From positions 131,254,001-131,318,000 of the forward strand of contig OZ024745.1 in the NCBI GenBank assembly GCA_964016885.1: DNA of 64,000 nucleotides. Reading direction: 5' to 3'. Origin of the DNA: Eledone cirrhosa. Taxonomy: Eukaryota. The position numbers and the translations under genes are program-made. Under the pieces are notes generated by a model. The model was given only the letters and a program-made list of their open reading frames with translations. It was not told where the DNA came from and searched no databases. Shown in pieces: positions 49,457 through 62,000 of the stretch (position 1 is the stretch's first letter; every line of letters starts with the position of its first letter).

Positions 49457-50942
49457 ATGTATGGTCCTGTAACTCTTGTGGGAATCGCTGCGGCGCCATA
49501 TTCACATACGGCATTTCCAGGGCATTTAAAACCTGGTGGAACCCATCTCCCCCTCTCCAGGTCTGAATACAACAGATTTCTTCCAGAGAAGGATAGAGAG
49601 TGAGAGAATGGAAGTGAGAAAGAGATATAGAGGAAGAATCGACCCCGGTAATTGATTGGTACTTTTTTTTATTGACCTTGAATGGATGAAAGACAAAATT
49701 GACCTCGGTGAGATTTAGACTCAGAGAGCAGAGAGCCAAAACGAATACTGCAAAGCATTCTAACGACTCTGCCATTCTATCCTATGTTCTAACCACTCTA
49801 CCATTCTAACTGACGTTCTAACGACTCTGCCATTCTATCCTATGTTCTAACCACTCTACCATTCTAACTGACGTTCTAACGACTCTGCCATTCTATCCTA
49901 TGTTCTAACCACTCTACCATTCTAACTGACGTTCTAACGACTCTGCCATTCTATCCTATGTTCTAACCACTCTACCATTCTAACTGACGTTCTAACGACT
50001 CTGCCATTCTATCCTATGTTCTAACTACTCTACCATTCTAACGACTCTGCCATTCTATCCTATGTTCTAACCACTCTACCATTCTAACTGACGTTCTAAC
50101 GACTCTGCCATTCTATCCTATGTTCTAACCACTCTACCATTCTAACTGACGTTCTAACGACTCTGCCATTCTATCCTATGTTCTAACCACTCTACCATTC
50201 TAACTGACGTTCTAACGACTCTGCCATTCTATCCTATGTTCTAACCACTCTACCATTCTAACGACTCTGCCATTCTATCCTATGTTCTAACCACTCTACC
50301 ATTCTAACTGACGTTCTAACGACTCTGCCATTCTATCCTATGTTCTAACCACTCTACCATTCTAACTGACGTTCTAACGACTCTGCCATTCTATCCTATG
50401 TTCTAACCACTCTACCATTCTAACGACTCTGCCATTCTATCCTATGTTCTAACCACTCTACCATTCTAACTGACGTTCTAACGACTCTGCCATTCTATCC
50501 TATGTTCTAACCACTCTACCATTCTAACGACTCTGCCATTCTATCCTATGTTCTAACCACTCTACCATTCTAACTGACGTTCTAACGACTCTGCCATTCT
50601 ATCCTATGTTCTAACCACTCTACCATTCTAACTGACGTTCTAACGACTCTGCCATTCTATCCTATGTTCTAACCACTCTACCATTCTAACGACTCTGCCA
50701 TTCTATCCTATGTTCTAACCACTCTACCATTCTAACTGACGTTCTAACGACTCTGCCATTCTATCCTATGTTCTAACCACTCTACCATTCTAACTGACGT
50801 TCTAACGACTCTGCCATTCTATCCTATGTTCTAACTACTCTACCATTCTAACTGACGTTCTAACGACTCTGCCATTCTATCCTATGTTCTAACTACTCTA
50901 CCATTCTAACTGACGTTCTAACGACTCTGCCAATTCCCCACC
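49457..50942 (-). mobile_element. SINE family 2 copy whose head is amplified into a 58-bp array (49757-50932, about 21 units)
   Basis: Body at 49457-49756, then units TTCTAACGACTCTGCCATTCTATCCTATGTTCTAACCACTCTACCATTCTAACTGACG (two 29-bp subunits, some 46-bp deletion units). The array ends in the true SINE 5' end CTCTGCCAATTCCCCACC. Confidence 0.93.
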
Positions 50943-51245
50943 CGTACCGAGCATTATTCAAGAAACAAACGTCGTAGTTGGTGGTGAATTCCTTGAATAA
51001 GAATTATAATAATTCTGCATGAATGTATCATTTGAAACAAAACCTATATATTCTTTGTAACAGGTACACAGTTAAAAAATGTTTTACCTCTTGCAGAAGA
51101 TAGGCAAACAATTCTCGCCGAAGGGTTTTGTGCAAAACAACTCTTCTTTTTATCACCTTCAGCTTTGACATAATAATTGTTTTTACCTTTAACACATGAA
51201 CGTCTATCATTCAATAATGAGATAACATTACTATTGTATATAAAA

Positions 51246-51573
51246 ACGGCTTCTGATTTAGAAACAAGGCCAATAATTTGGGGAAGGGGAAAGTCGATTT
51301 AATCGACCCCCACCCCAATTGTTAGCCCCATGTCTAAATCAGAAAGCATTATTTAAGGACGATGGATTGGCAGAGTTGATAGAGCGTCCGACAAATGCCT
51401 CGCAGTATCTGTTCCGACTCTTTACTTTCTGAGTTCAAATCTCGCCGAGCTCGACTTTGCCTTTCATCTTTTCGAGGTCGATAAAATAAAGTACCAGTCA
51501 TGTACTGGTGTTGATATAATCAACTTTTGTCTCCCACCAAAATTGTTAGACTTGTACCTAAATTAGAATCTAT
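51246..51573 (+). mobile_element. SINE preceded by a palindromic tail fragment, all within one TSD
   Basis: TATTGTATATAAAA at 51232-45 and 51574-87. The segment 51248-51352 is an inverted tail plus a direct tail, and 51355-51573 is a full SINE. Confidence 0.75.
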
Positions 51574-53491
51574 TATTGTATATAAAACTGAATCGTTGTA
51601 TTTTGGTGTTCCCTTTTTCTAATTCTAATTTACTCCACAAGAGTACCAATTCTAGTCACTATTCTTATTGTTGTGTTGACAAGTAACTTGATTCACAATG
51701 AAATTGCAAATTGACCTCAATAAAATTCCTAGGCGTCTTTTGTTCTATTCTGGGGATAGGGGAGATGATGAGGCCATCAGTATGTCAACGCTTAGAAAAA
51801 TGTTAGAGAAATCTAATTTTGAGGACAAACTAAATACTTAAGAAACAGTGTTATTTTCCTTACTCTTTTTCTTATTTCCTCTCTTTTTTGTTTCCTTATT
51901 GCCATATATATTACAGTTTTTTTTCTACTATTGTATTTTGTATTACAATAAAGTGTATGTCTGATGATGGGAGTACAGGGGCAGTGGAACTGGGGGTGGG
52001 GTGGTAATAATAATTACATTTTTCTCCCCAAACTACCAAACATATATACGCTACAATTTATGTACTTGCTATGTTTACCGCATATCAAAGTTTTCATATC
52101 TTGGTTGATATTTGATAATAACAGCTAAACTAATCACTACAACTAAATTGACCAAATTTCCACCCCCACCCCAATTCAAAAATGTTTCCATCGCCCCTGA
52201 GTTAGGAATAGAAAAATTCAACTCTTCAATTTTTATTTTCAATCCAGACGTTTGTGGGGAGCTGAGTCGCTGCCAACGAAGTTCTTGTCACTGTTGGCGG
52301 TTCGCTTTCCTAGGGTATCAGGTGATTCCACGAGGATGCTTGGTCGTTCCAGCGCCCTAGTCTTTCTATCACCTGCAACAATAATGTATGTTGGCTTGCC
52401 TACAAAAATGATTAAGGAAACTCCAGCACCCCTTGTTTGTGACGTGTGATTGATTGCATGGGACATGTCCCACTTTTTTTTTTTCATACAATTTAAAAAA
52501 AATATAAAATTCAACGATTGCTAAGTGTCAGAACACTGGCATTAGAGAGTGCCTTCAAAATAACTCACTTTCACACCTGAAATCTCTGGCCACTCTGTTT
52601 CAGGTACAACGGTCCTTCTTCACCTACACTCTACACAACAACTGAATCAACACCACAACACAACTACACATCCTAGGATTCGACACTCCAGACAGAGGTA
52701 TATGTTTTATGTTAATTTCATTAATTTTATGACAATACTGGTACTATTGTTACAACAGCCGAGATTCTGATTATATGTGGAACATTTGAAGTGTTAGGTA
52801 ATGTTCCTGAAGTACCAGTCATTTATTAATGTTCTGCTATATAATACTGTTCTTTTCTAATATATCTGAAGCCCCGTGAAATTTCTGAAGTCGTAGATGC
52901 TAACCGCTTTTTCTGTTTAACGACTTCCAGTGTGGGAAGCTCTAATTAATGGTTGGAGGTGTAACTTGATAGAAAGGAAGTAACCCCAAAAGTTTATTTC
53001 GTATAGTTGCCTTTGGTAAATATCTCTAGTTAAAAAATGATATAAAAAGGTCAGAAGTCCTGTTGACATACTGTGTTGTCTTTTCTGATTCTATGAAAAA
53101 ACTATTGTTTGTTCACAGCTGGTTTATGACTTCCTTCAATTATATTCAATACATGCCAGTTGAGTGCAGTTTACTAAATGGACACAGAAGTATTATAATG
53201 ATTAGTTAAATCCACATCTCTATTGTTAGTGTCTAAGTATTATACTAAATATGGTTAACACATAAATGCTGTCTAAAATGGCGATGGCTCACAGAATCGT
53301 TAGAATGGTAAACAAAATGACTTGAGATACCCCACCTTACATTTTAAGTTCGTACGAAGTCGAATTTGTTTATCATCTTTCCGGGTTCAGTAGAAATTAC
53401 GAATCAAGTATTGGCGTTGATACATTTAATTATATATTCCGAACCGAATTAATATAATAATTATAAAGGTTTAGATTACATATTTAATTTA

Positions 53492-53810
53492 CTCTCGGGT
53501 CCCAAATAATAAACGGTGGTGCAATAAACGGGAGGGTTGGAAAATCGGTAATTTTTCTAGGTTGTCTCCATTTTGTTAAAAGCCAGAATTAGTCGTTTAT
53601 TTTACATATTGAGATCGCAACCCATTCTATTTATTTTATAACATGTGGGATTTATTGTAATGTTCTTTTTTTGCCATGTACAATGTTTTAGTAATGTCGA
53701 AAGAAAATGTATTGTCGCAGGAATGCTACCATTAAAAATAATATTTCGTCAGAGATAGATTAGCAAAATTTAATGGGGGGGGGGGGGGTCGATTATTCGA
53801 GACCCGAGTG
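53492..53810. mobile_element. Tc1/mariner-pogo-type MITE
   Basis: TA|CTCTCGGGTCCCAAATAAT...ATTATTCGAGACCCGAGTG|TA. Partial copies at about 15980-16190 (-) and 43358-43535. Confidence 0.8.
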
Positions 53811-54379
53811 TATAAGTATTCAAAACGTTTCCAGTAATAATGATTCCTGTTATTTTAATTCCCCTAAAGAATAACATTAAATAATCAATGATTTAATAAT
53901 TGTTTCTACTTTTGGCACAAGGCCAGCAATTATTCCAGTGTATTACTGGTACTTTATTTTATGGACCCCGTAAGGATGAAAGGCAAAGTTAACCAATAAT
54001 TTAATAATAAAAGAGGCAGTAAAAATAAATTAACATCACTGCTGAAGTGAGACCACGAGGCTCTAGAAACGTTGACAAAATTATGAAACTAGGAACTGTA
54101 TTGTTCCAAATCAAATATAGAGGCTTTATTAGAAAAAAAAGAGAAGATTCTAAGAGATGAATTGAAACTTAATGGTAGTTGTGTTGTAGTGGCGCACACA
54201 CATGTATTCCCTCATGTGCCACACACATCACAACTTCACCCCATACCACTTCCGTTCTATGTGCATCATACAGCCACACACATATTTACAGAATATTTCC
54301 TTTGACCCCCCCAAAAAATAATTTTGTTCTGTGAAGAAACACAACTACCAACACTACTGCTACTACCATGACTACACAC

Positions 54380-54412
<33 letters not shown>

Positions 54413-54747
54413 CACAAGAACTCATTCTCCAGTCCACTTCTGAGCAAGGAAGATGGGGAAAAAAACTTACCCCAACACTTAATTTCAAATCTTTAATTTT
54501 TATTTTTTAACTCCTATTAATTCTTTTTAATTTTTAATTTCAATACTCAACATTTGATAAGATGAATTTTAATAATACATGGAAACCGGTAATACTTTAT
54601 ATACTTTATAGAACTCTTTTTTAAAAACATTGTCCCTCACATTTTTTCAATAATGTCACTTTGACGAATCAAAGAAAAGAAAAACAGACCCTAAAATATA
54701 TTTTCCGTGCTATTTCCACTGTTTTGTATAGAACCATACGTCCCTTT

Positions 54748-54794
<47 letters not shown>

Positions 54795-55307
54795 GTGTGT
54801 GTGTCCCGGTTCAGTCGGGGTAAAAGCTCAGTAAGTAAGGTACTCAATAGTGTTGTAATGGAAAATGTATAAATGAAGTGACTTCGCTTGGCATGGGAGA
54901 GAGCATGCGCATTGTCAGACATGATGGATGCCATTTTGTATTGGGGATGTTTTTATCAACCTGTTTTAGTCTTAAGTTTGGAAAATAGTTTCTTTGAGCC
55001 AGATAACTAACTGGTCATTCATATCAAGTGTAAACAACAATTTTAATATAGAAATGGCTTATACAGGTCTAGAACTGTTTCATTCGAAAGAAATATATAT
55101 ATATATATAATCTTGATGACTAACATTCCCAAATTTTCTTTTTAATGGAATGCAAGGAGGTTGTGTTTTTAAAGTTGTATTTTAACACATTACTTAAATT
55201 ATAGCTTGGTGTAAAAGTAAATATCATCTTATACGACCTGGCCTAAATACAATTACTATTTTATCAGAAGTCAGTGAAACACTAAATAAACATTTGAACT
55301 AATAGGC

Positions 55308-55810
55308 TTCAGCATTCGGCAATCAGAAGGGAAGGAGGTGTAAAGGACATCTTCAATTCAGTATTCATACCAACCCTTACCTATGGTCATGAATCTTGGG
55401 TAATTACCGAAAGCATATGATCGCGAAAAGAAGCGGTCGAAATGGGGTTCCTCTCAAGGGTCTTTGGAGCAACGTTACTCGATAGAGTGTAGCTCGAAGA
55501 TCAGAGAGTCACTCCAGGTAGAGCCGCTACTTCTGCGAATTGAGGGATCACAGTTCAAATACGACGGCCATGTAGTTAGAATGTCTCAAGAAAGAATCGC
55601 TGGACAAATTTTATGGACAAAACAAACAGGCAGGAGACACAGGGTAGACCCCGCGAGCATGATGGTTGGATAACATACACGAGCTCGACTGGTCCCGCTT
55701 GGGGATCCAGTTGGAGATTGTTGCTTCTGACAGGACCCGCTGGAAAGAGTGTTTGAGGACTCTGCCTCCATGACCCTCTCAGGAATAAGTGGGCGAAGAT
55801 GAAGAAGAAT
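55308..55810 (+). mobile_element. RTE-clade LINE 3' fragment with (GAA)-type tail
   Basis: IFNSVFIPTLTYGHESW...IRESLQVEPLLLRIEGSQFKYDGHVVRMSQERI...TGRRHR. The same 3' end recurs at 56263-56392. Confidence 0.85.
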
Positions 55811-57635
55811 TGTTGAAGTTTATACATCTTCAACATTCGTTGAATAGAACTACACACAAAATAAAGTAAGGAAATATTTATTCAAAACGTTCTACTTTGA
55901 TAGTTTTGTAAAGCTCATTAAATTTTCCTTTCACAAAGGGATATATTTTGGCTGACTTCGGGCTATAAAAATTACTTCGGAAGCCATGGGATTCCGATAT
56001 GAATGAAGCTGCAAATATCATAGCTATTTTTTTTTATCTGGTTCTCTTAACTTAGGAGCGACCAAACATATCAGCGTTAAAATATCAGTAGTGCAGCATG
56101 TAGAATGATACCTATATTGCTGCAGTGAAATAGGAATTATTTTCTATTTTTCTTTAAGGTCCGTGCTGTGATTTCATGGATGACATGCATGCATTATACC
56201 GTAACTCCTGAGGGAATCGTAGGGGAAGGGTATTGATATCCAGCGTTTCTAGGGCATTTTTAAACCCGGCTGGTCCAACTTGGGGATCCAACCGGATCAG
56301 TTAGAAACGGTTGCTTCTGACAGGACCAGCTGGAAGGAGTGTTTGAGGACTCTGCCCCACGACCATCGCAGGAATAAGTAGGCGAAATAGAAGTTAATTT
56401 AATTACTGGAAATTTCGTCAAAATTCCCAACACTGCCGGTGTTGTAGCTCCGGTTTCATGGAACAAAGCAGACAACCATATTGGTTAGATTTCCAAGACA
56501 TGGGAAATACTTCAAGACTGATCACTTCACAAGTGCTACACAATAAAACACTTCAGATGTGACTGACATTGTCGTTCCTACATATGCACAAATATCCAGG
56601 ATATAGATAGAGAGAGAAGCTAGACTGCTGATTGACAAAGTTTCACTAACCAACACACTACAATCATTGGCTTATAAACGTCCCGTTTCTTCTATCACAT
56701 CTATAAACTGCTTTGCTCCTAAGCACTTTGCCTAGTATTTCCCACCCGGAACTACACTTTGCCTAGTATTTCCCACCCGGAACTACACGCCAACTTTACT
56801 TCTGTCCGTAAACATGAAACCACAGAAGCCGAGAAACAACGAAATGCCAGCAGTATGTTTGGACTCATGATCTCTGAGCTCCAAATCTATTAAGCTATCA
56901 TGTCTGCATTTCATTATCGGTAGAGCGTCAGACACCATGCTTTGGAGCATAGTTATGGCCCTTTGAGTTCTGAGTTCAAATCCTGTCGAGGTTAATGTTT
57001 GCCTTTCATACTTACGGGTCGATAAAATAAAGTACCAGTAATGCACTGGGTAATTGCTGGCCTTGTGCCAAAAGTAGAAACAATTATATATAATCTCCAG
57101 GCGGAGAATTGGCAGAGTCGTTCATTCTTTAGTCTCCGAGTTCAAATCCCGCTGCGGTCAACTTTGCCTTTCATCCATTCAAGGTCGCTAAAAAAGTATC
57201 AGTCAAGTAATCGGTCGATTCTTCATCGATATCTCTTTCTCACTTCCATTCTCATTCTTTATCCTTCTCTGGAAGAAATTTGCTATATTCAGACCTGGAG
57301 AGGATTGGGGTCCACCAGGTTAAAAAAGAAATGCCCTGGAGACGTCAATAGGTCGCTCCTGCGACTCCCTCAGGAGTTACGAGACCATGTCAGGCCATAT
57401 ATAATCTCCAGTGTGTCGTGGGAAATGTATAGAATTCTCTGCCAATAGCACAGACTTCAAATATAAATTTCTTTTTCTGATACAACACTTTCGAAATGTA
57501 AAATGAATTGCTTATTCTATCTTAACCTTGTTTTAGAATAATAGAACAATAGCTTCTCACGATTCTTTATTGCCATTCTTATCTTCTGCATCTCATCCGC
57601 TTCGTCAAACACAATTGTTACACATAGACACACTT

Positions 57636-57679
57636 ACACACACACACACGCGTGTGCACGCGCACGCGCACGCACACGC

Positions 57680-57723
<44 letters not shown>
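57636..57723. repeat. (CA)n/(CACG)n microsatellite
   Basis: Directly visible. Confidence 0.95.
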
Positions 57724-57726
<3 letters not shown>

Positions 57727-57796
57727 AAAGTGACAAACAGTGATACAAAAACAATTAGTGATACATATACATATATATATATATATATATATATCA

Positions 57797-58273
57797 CTAA
57801 TAATTATCTTCTTTTACTTCCTAGCTGTATAATCTTAGCATAATTTCAAACCCCAGGCAACGCTGGGTAAATCTGCTAATGTATATATATATATACATTA
57901 GCAGATTTACCCGGCATTGCCTGGGGTTTGAAATTATGCTAAGAATATACAGCTAGGAAGTAAAAGACGATAATTATTTGTCCCCAACCTGTCAAAATAA
58001 GCAGAAGTCTTCAATAATCAATGCAAACGAATATTTAGTGCAATCTTTGTACACATAAAACTATGCTGATAACGAAGGAAAACACTGAACAGGACACTTT
58101 AGAAAAAATAATTTTGCTATCGATTTTTTATTGCTCAACGTGGGTCAATTTGAAAAGATTTTGTGATGTGACCCTCTTAGCGACAGGTGCAACGTGCACA
58201 GAAAATTTGGTCAAATTCGGTTGGGAATTGTAAAAGCCTTAGCTGTCCAAAGTTGTCCACACACACATCCTCG

Positions 58274-58285
<12 letters not shown>
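57797..58285 (+). mobile_element. Non-autonomous Helitron/Helentron-like element (about 57898-58280) with an inverted duplication of its first 85 bp or so
   Basis: The start TTAGCAGATTTACCCGGCATTGCCTGGG and the end AAAATTTGGTCAAATTCGG...ACACACACATCCTCGCTTTTATATA resemble Lep1/DINE-type rolling-circle elements. It sits in (TA)n, and 57797-57980 is a palindrome. Confidence 0.6.
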
Positions 58286-58320
<35 letters not shown>

Positions 58321-59289
58321 ACTATCATATTCGCTACAACCGTCTCCCACTCCTATCATTTCTATTATTTTTCTCACGTTAGATGTCTTTACATCGTACG
58401 CAGCATACAAGGTTAGTAGGTTAAGTTCCATTAGTTAGGAAATGTGTTTGATTTGTCTAGATTGTTCTGCTGTAGTATCAATATTGGTTGCCATATTATC
58501 TATTGTTACAAAACGGTCAGCAATAATCATTACAATTACAATTATTTAATCAGTTATCAAAAGAACTGCATTTGTCGTCTGCGCGGAAATTGAATGGATT
58601 TCTGACGGGATTAACATAACATTTACACGGACAGAAACCTTAGATACAGTATTGTCCCCTAACTCCTGAGGCAGCATTCTATTGACAAAGTTAGACAAAC
58701 AATATTATTAGTGAGGGCGGTGGATTGGCAGTATCGGTAGAGAGTCGGACACCATGCTTTGAAGCATAGTTATGTCCCTTTATGATCTGAGTTCAAATCC
58801 CGCCAAGGTTAACTTTGCCTTTCATCCCTACGGGGTCGATAAAATAAAGTACCAGTAATACACTGAGTAATTGCTGGCCTTGTGCCTAAAGTAGAAACAA
58901 TTATTAGTGAGGAATCACTAATAATATATTCCAAAGACGAAGAAGAAGAAGAATCCCATCTAGAATTGAATTTAAATTTGATTTCAATTTGAGATTGATG
59001 TTGAGCCATTTCTGTGTGATGACGAAGTGATGAGATGATTCTCTCACTTTCCCACGCTCTTAACGTCGCAGAGGACATTGGCAAGTTTCCCGTGTCAGAT
59101 AATTTTGGCAATATCCCAACGTCACGTAACACGAAAGTAGGAAAACATTTTCATAAGTTGTCAGCTTTCCCGCCATTAATTTCTGGGAACTGGCCAGCCA
59201 CTTATCACCTACCAATCAAATAGGTCCACAAACCTAGTAGACTTTATAGTCACCGGGAAACGGGATATACATATGGTTGTAATAAGGTA

Positions 59290-59600
59290 CCACTCAACTT
59301 ATATAGTGACAGCCTCGAGAGGAAAAGACAATTTAAAGAAGGAAGGAGTGGAAGCTAAAAGATTAATTTGCTAGACATAGAAAAAGGGTTTCTTCTCCAA
59401 GTGAACCTAAGGGAAATCAGTTATAGAAATTGGTAACTAAATGTTCGAAAAGGTTGGTTAAGGATATAAAAGCAGAGAAAGCAGTTCGGCCATCAGAGAT
59501 AGTTGTTAAAATACTAAGAATATTAAGCAAAGTAGGGCACAAGCCAGTGACTCACATGAAGATGCCATTTGACTGGTAAATCGCTTTAGTCATCAAGTGT
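59290..59600 (+). mobile_element. Decayed RTE RT-domain fragment
   Basis: KDIKAEKAVRPSEIVVKILRILSKVGHKPVT resembles the RT N-terminal motif KxMKxGKAxGPSxIxxEML. Confidence 0.55.
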
Positions 59601-59889
59601 TAAGAGGGCAAAGAAAAATGAAAACAACTACTGAAGCATCAAACTGATCAAAGTTATGAAAATAACATTTGTTTCTACTTTAGGCACAAGGCCAGCAATT
59701 ATCACAGTGTATTATTGGTACTTTATTTTATCAACCCCGTAAGGATGAAAGGCAAAGTTAACCTCGGCGGGATTTGAACTCAGACCGTAAACGGCCGTAA
59801 CTCTATGCTGCAAAGCATGGTGTCCAACTGCCTATCCACCGCATCGAATGAATAGAAGTAAACATACACACACAAGCACACCAAGTCCG

Positions 59890-60080
59890 AACACAGAGGA
59901 GTTGAACTCCCACTGTTATCACCTCCGTCTCTCTCGCCCTCCCCCCACACACACGCACACAGAGGAGCTGAACTCCCACTGTTCTCACCTCCGTTTCTCT
60001 CGCCCTCCCCATCACACACACGCACACAGAGGAGTTGAACTCCCACTGTTATCACCTCCGTCTCTCACGCCCTCCCCATC
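59890..60080. repeat. Tandem repeat of about 66 bp, 3 copies
   Basis: CACAGAGGAGTTGAACTCCCACTGTTATCACCTCCGTCTCTCTCGCCCTCCCC at about 59892, 59957 and 60025, directly 3' of the CRE-like fragment. Confidence 0.88.
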
Positions 60081-60096
60081 TCTCACTATTATGTGC

Positions 60097-60262
60097 AAAT
60101 GGGGTCCCATGCGCTGGCCGCCCCTTGGCCCCGACAGACAGAATAGAGAAGTCATTTCCGCGGAGGTTGGTGAGGGAAATGCACTGAAAGAACCATTCCA
60201 GTTGGTGAGGCTCACACCTACGGGTAGCCAACTCTCTGCCTGTGGGTAGCCCTAGGACACCT
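60097..60262 (-). mobile_element. CRE-like retrotransposon C-terminal fragment, second copy
   Basis: GRELATRRCEPHQLEWFFQCISLTNLRGNDFSILS, homologous to 8110-8345. Confidence 0.7.
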
Positions 60263-61789
60263 AGAAAACATTTACACACTAAATTGAACCTAAAGGTTTT
60301 TAAGTTGTCTTTCTTTGTTGTAGTTTATTTTATTTTTGTCCTGTGCGCTTGTGTAGGTCTGTGCATGGCATGCAGACCTGTCAACTCTCCCCATCCGACG
60401 TGGGAGATCTCCCACCCACTTAGAGATGTCTTCTCTTGTGAAAATGGGTATAGCTTTCATTATGTAAAATCTCCCCATTTTGCCTCATTTCTCCCCGATT
60501 GGGGGCACTTTTTTTCATATACTCCCCGTTTGGGTTTTCTAGAGGTTGGCAGGTCTCGGCATGTGTATGCCTCTGTAAATGTGTTCATGTTGGTGTAAAA
60601 ATAGGGGAGTCAAAACATATTAAAAAAAAAAAAAAAAATTCAGTTTGCAGAATTGAACAAAGAAATTCACGTTATAATAAAGTAGAAAATAATGAAAGTA
60701 TCATAACTTACATGGTTCTTTACGTTGGCGGGTTGTCTGTTTATGGAACTGGTAAACACAAGTCAACCAATTTCTTCTCTTCTGTGATGTTCCCATTTAC
60801 GGCTTTCTTTTATAAGTGTTTTCTTCTTTATTATATTTTCTTTTATTTGTATAATTTTGTTTTATTTTAATCTCATGTTTCAACTACGATTGTTAATCAG
60901 ACCTGTGAAAAACATTTGAAAGTTTTAAACATTCCTAAATCGTTAAGTTTTACCCTCCACACACATGGTCGACACTAGAACAGTATACAAGATAAACTTT
61001 TTTCTTCTTTATTTACTATTGTTTTCTTCTTCTTTATTTACTATTATTTTCTTTTTCTTGTTTGTTTTGTTCTTCTTACTGTCGTCGTCAGTATAATTCT
61101 GGTGACTGAAGAGAATTTAAAAACAAACATTTTTGTTGAAACTACTTTTACTGAAATTGTAAGACAAATATTATGTAACGGAGTCGTAATGGTGCCGTAA
61201 TGGTGCCGTAGTGACATACATCCAGTCTTGGGTAATTTAAAACCCGCAGAAACCCATTCCCGACCCATGTCTGAACACAGTCGATTTCTTCCAGAGAAAG
61301 AAGAGTGATAGAGAGGAGGTTAAGAAAGAGATATAGAGGAATAATCGCCCTCAATACAGAACTGGTACGTTTTTTATCGACCTCGAAAGGAAGAAAAGCG
61401 AAATTAACCACGGCAGATTCTAAATTCAGAGAGTAGAGAGCTGGAAGGAATATTGTAAATCCTTTTATCCATCGTTCTAACAACTCTGCAAATTTGTCGC
61501 CCTTGCAAGACAAGTTATTTTCTCGAACAACTGTGAAGTTGAAGTTGTAATGTAGTTATTGTGGCTGTAGTTCTTATTAAAATGTTTGCACGGTGAAAGC
61601 TTTGAGGCCAACACACCAATAATGGCATGTTAATGAGGCTTCAGCTTCAGACACCCTAATCTTGAAAGGGCATCAAAAGCAATTTTTAAAAAATGTTACT
61701 CTATTGTAGTTGGTTGCGAAGTGGTCCTCATAAGATTTTAAGCTTCAGGGCTCCCAAAATGTATCATGTTATTTGATGTGTCTGGTGTT

Positions 61790-62000
61790 ATGATTCCCAG
61801 CAAGATGGCTTTCATCCACCTCAATATGTCGAACGCACCATTCATCTCTTTTGAGCCAGATGTAGTAACTCGCTTTCTTAGTTGCTTCCGATAATGCTCT
61901 GGAAAAGTGTTTCCTTTCCTTTGCGCCGATCCAATGGCCCTTCTAACTTATAGAAGAATTAAATAGGCGAATGAATGTCTTGTTTGTATCCCATGCTACC
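61790..62000 (-). mobile_element. HERO/NeSL-like RLE retrotransposon C-terminal remnant
   Basis: The minus strand gives NKTFIRLFNS...RALSEATKKASYYIWLKRDEW, matching the HERO-type end motif LSEAAEKASxWLWLKR. Confidence 0.55.

Noticed and set aside
51087-51660. Possible minus-strand exon (...NDRRSCVKGKNNYYVKAEGDKKKSCFAQNPSARIVCLSSAR|gtaaaa) interrupted by a SINE
   Set aside because: No recognisable homology, no clear acceptor and no partner exons. It could be a pseudo-exon; BLASTx of the SINE-excised sequence would be needed.
52239-52514. 91-aa minus-strand ORF with protein-like composition
   Set aside because: No motif recognised and no supporting splice structure, so it cannot be called without a database search.
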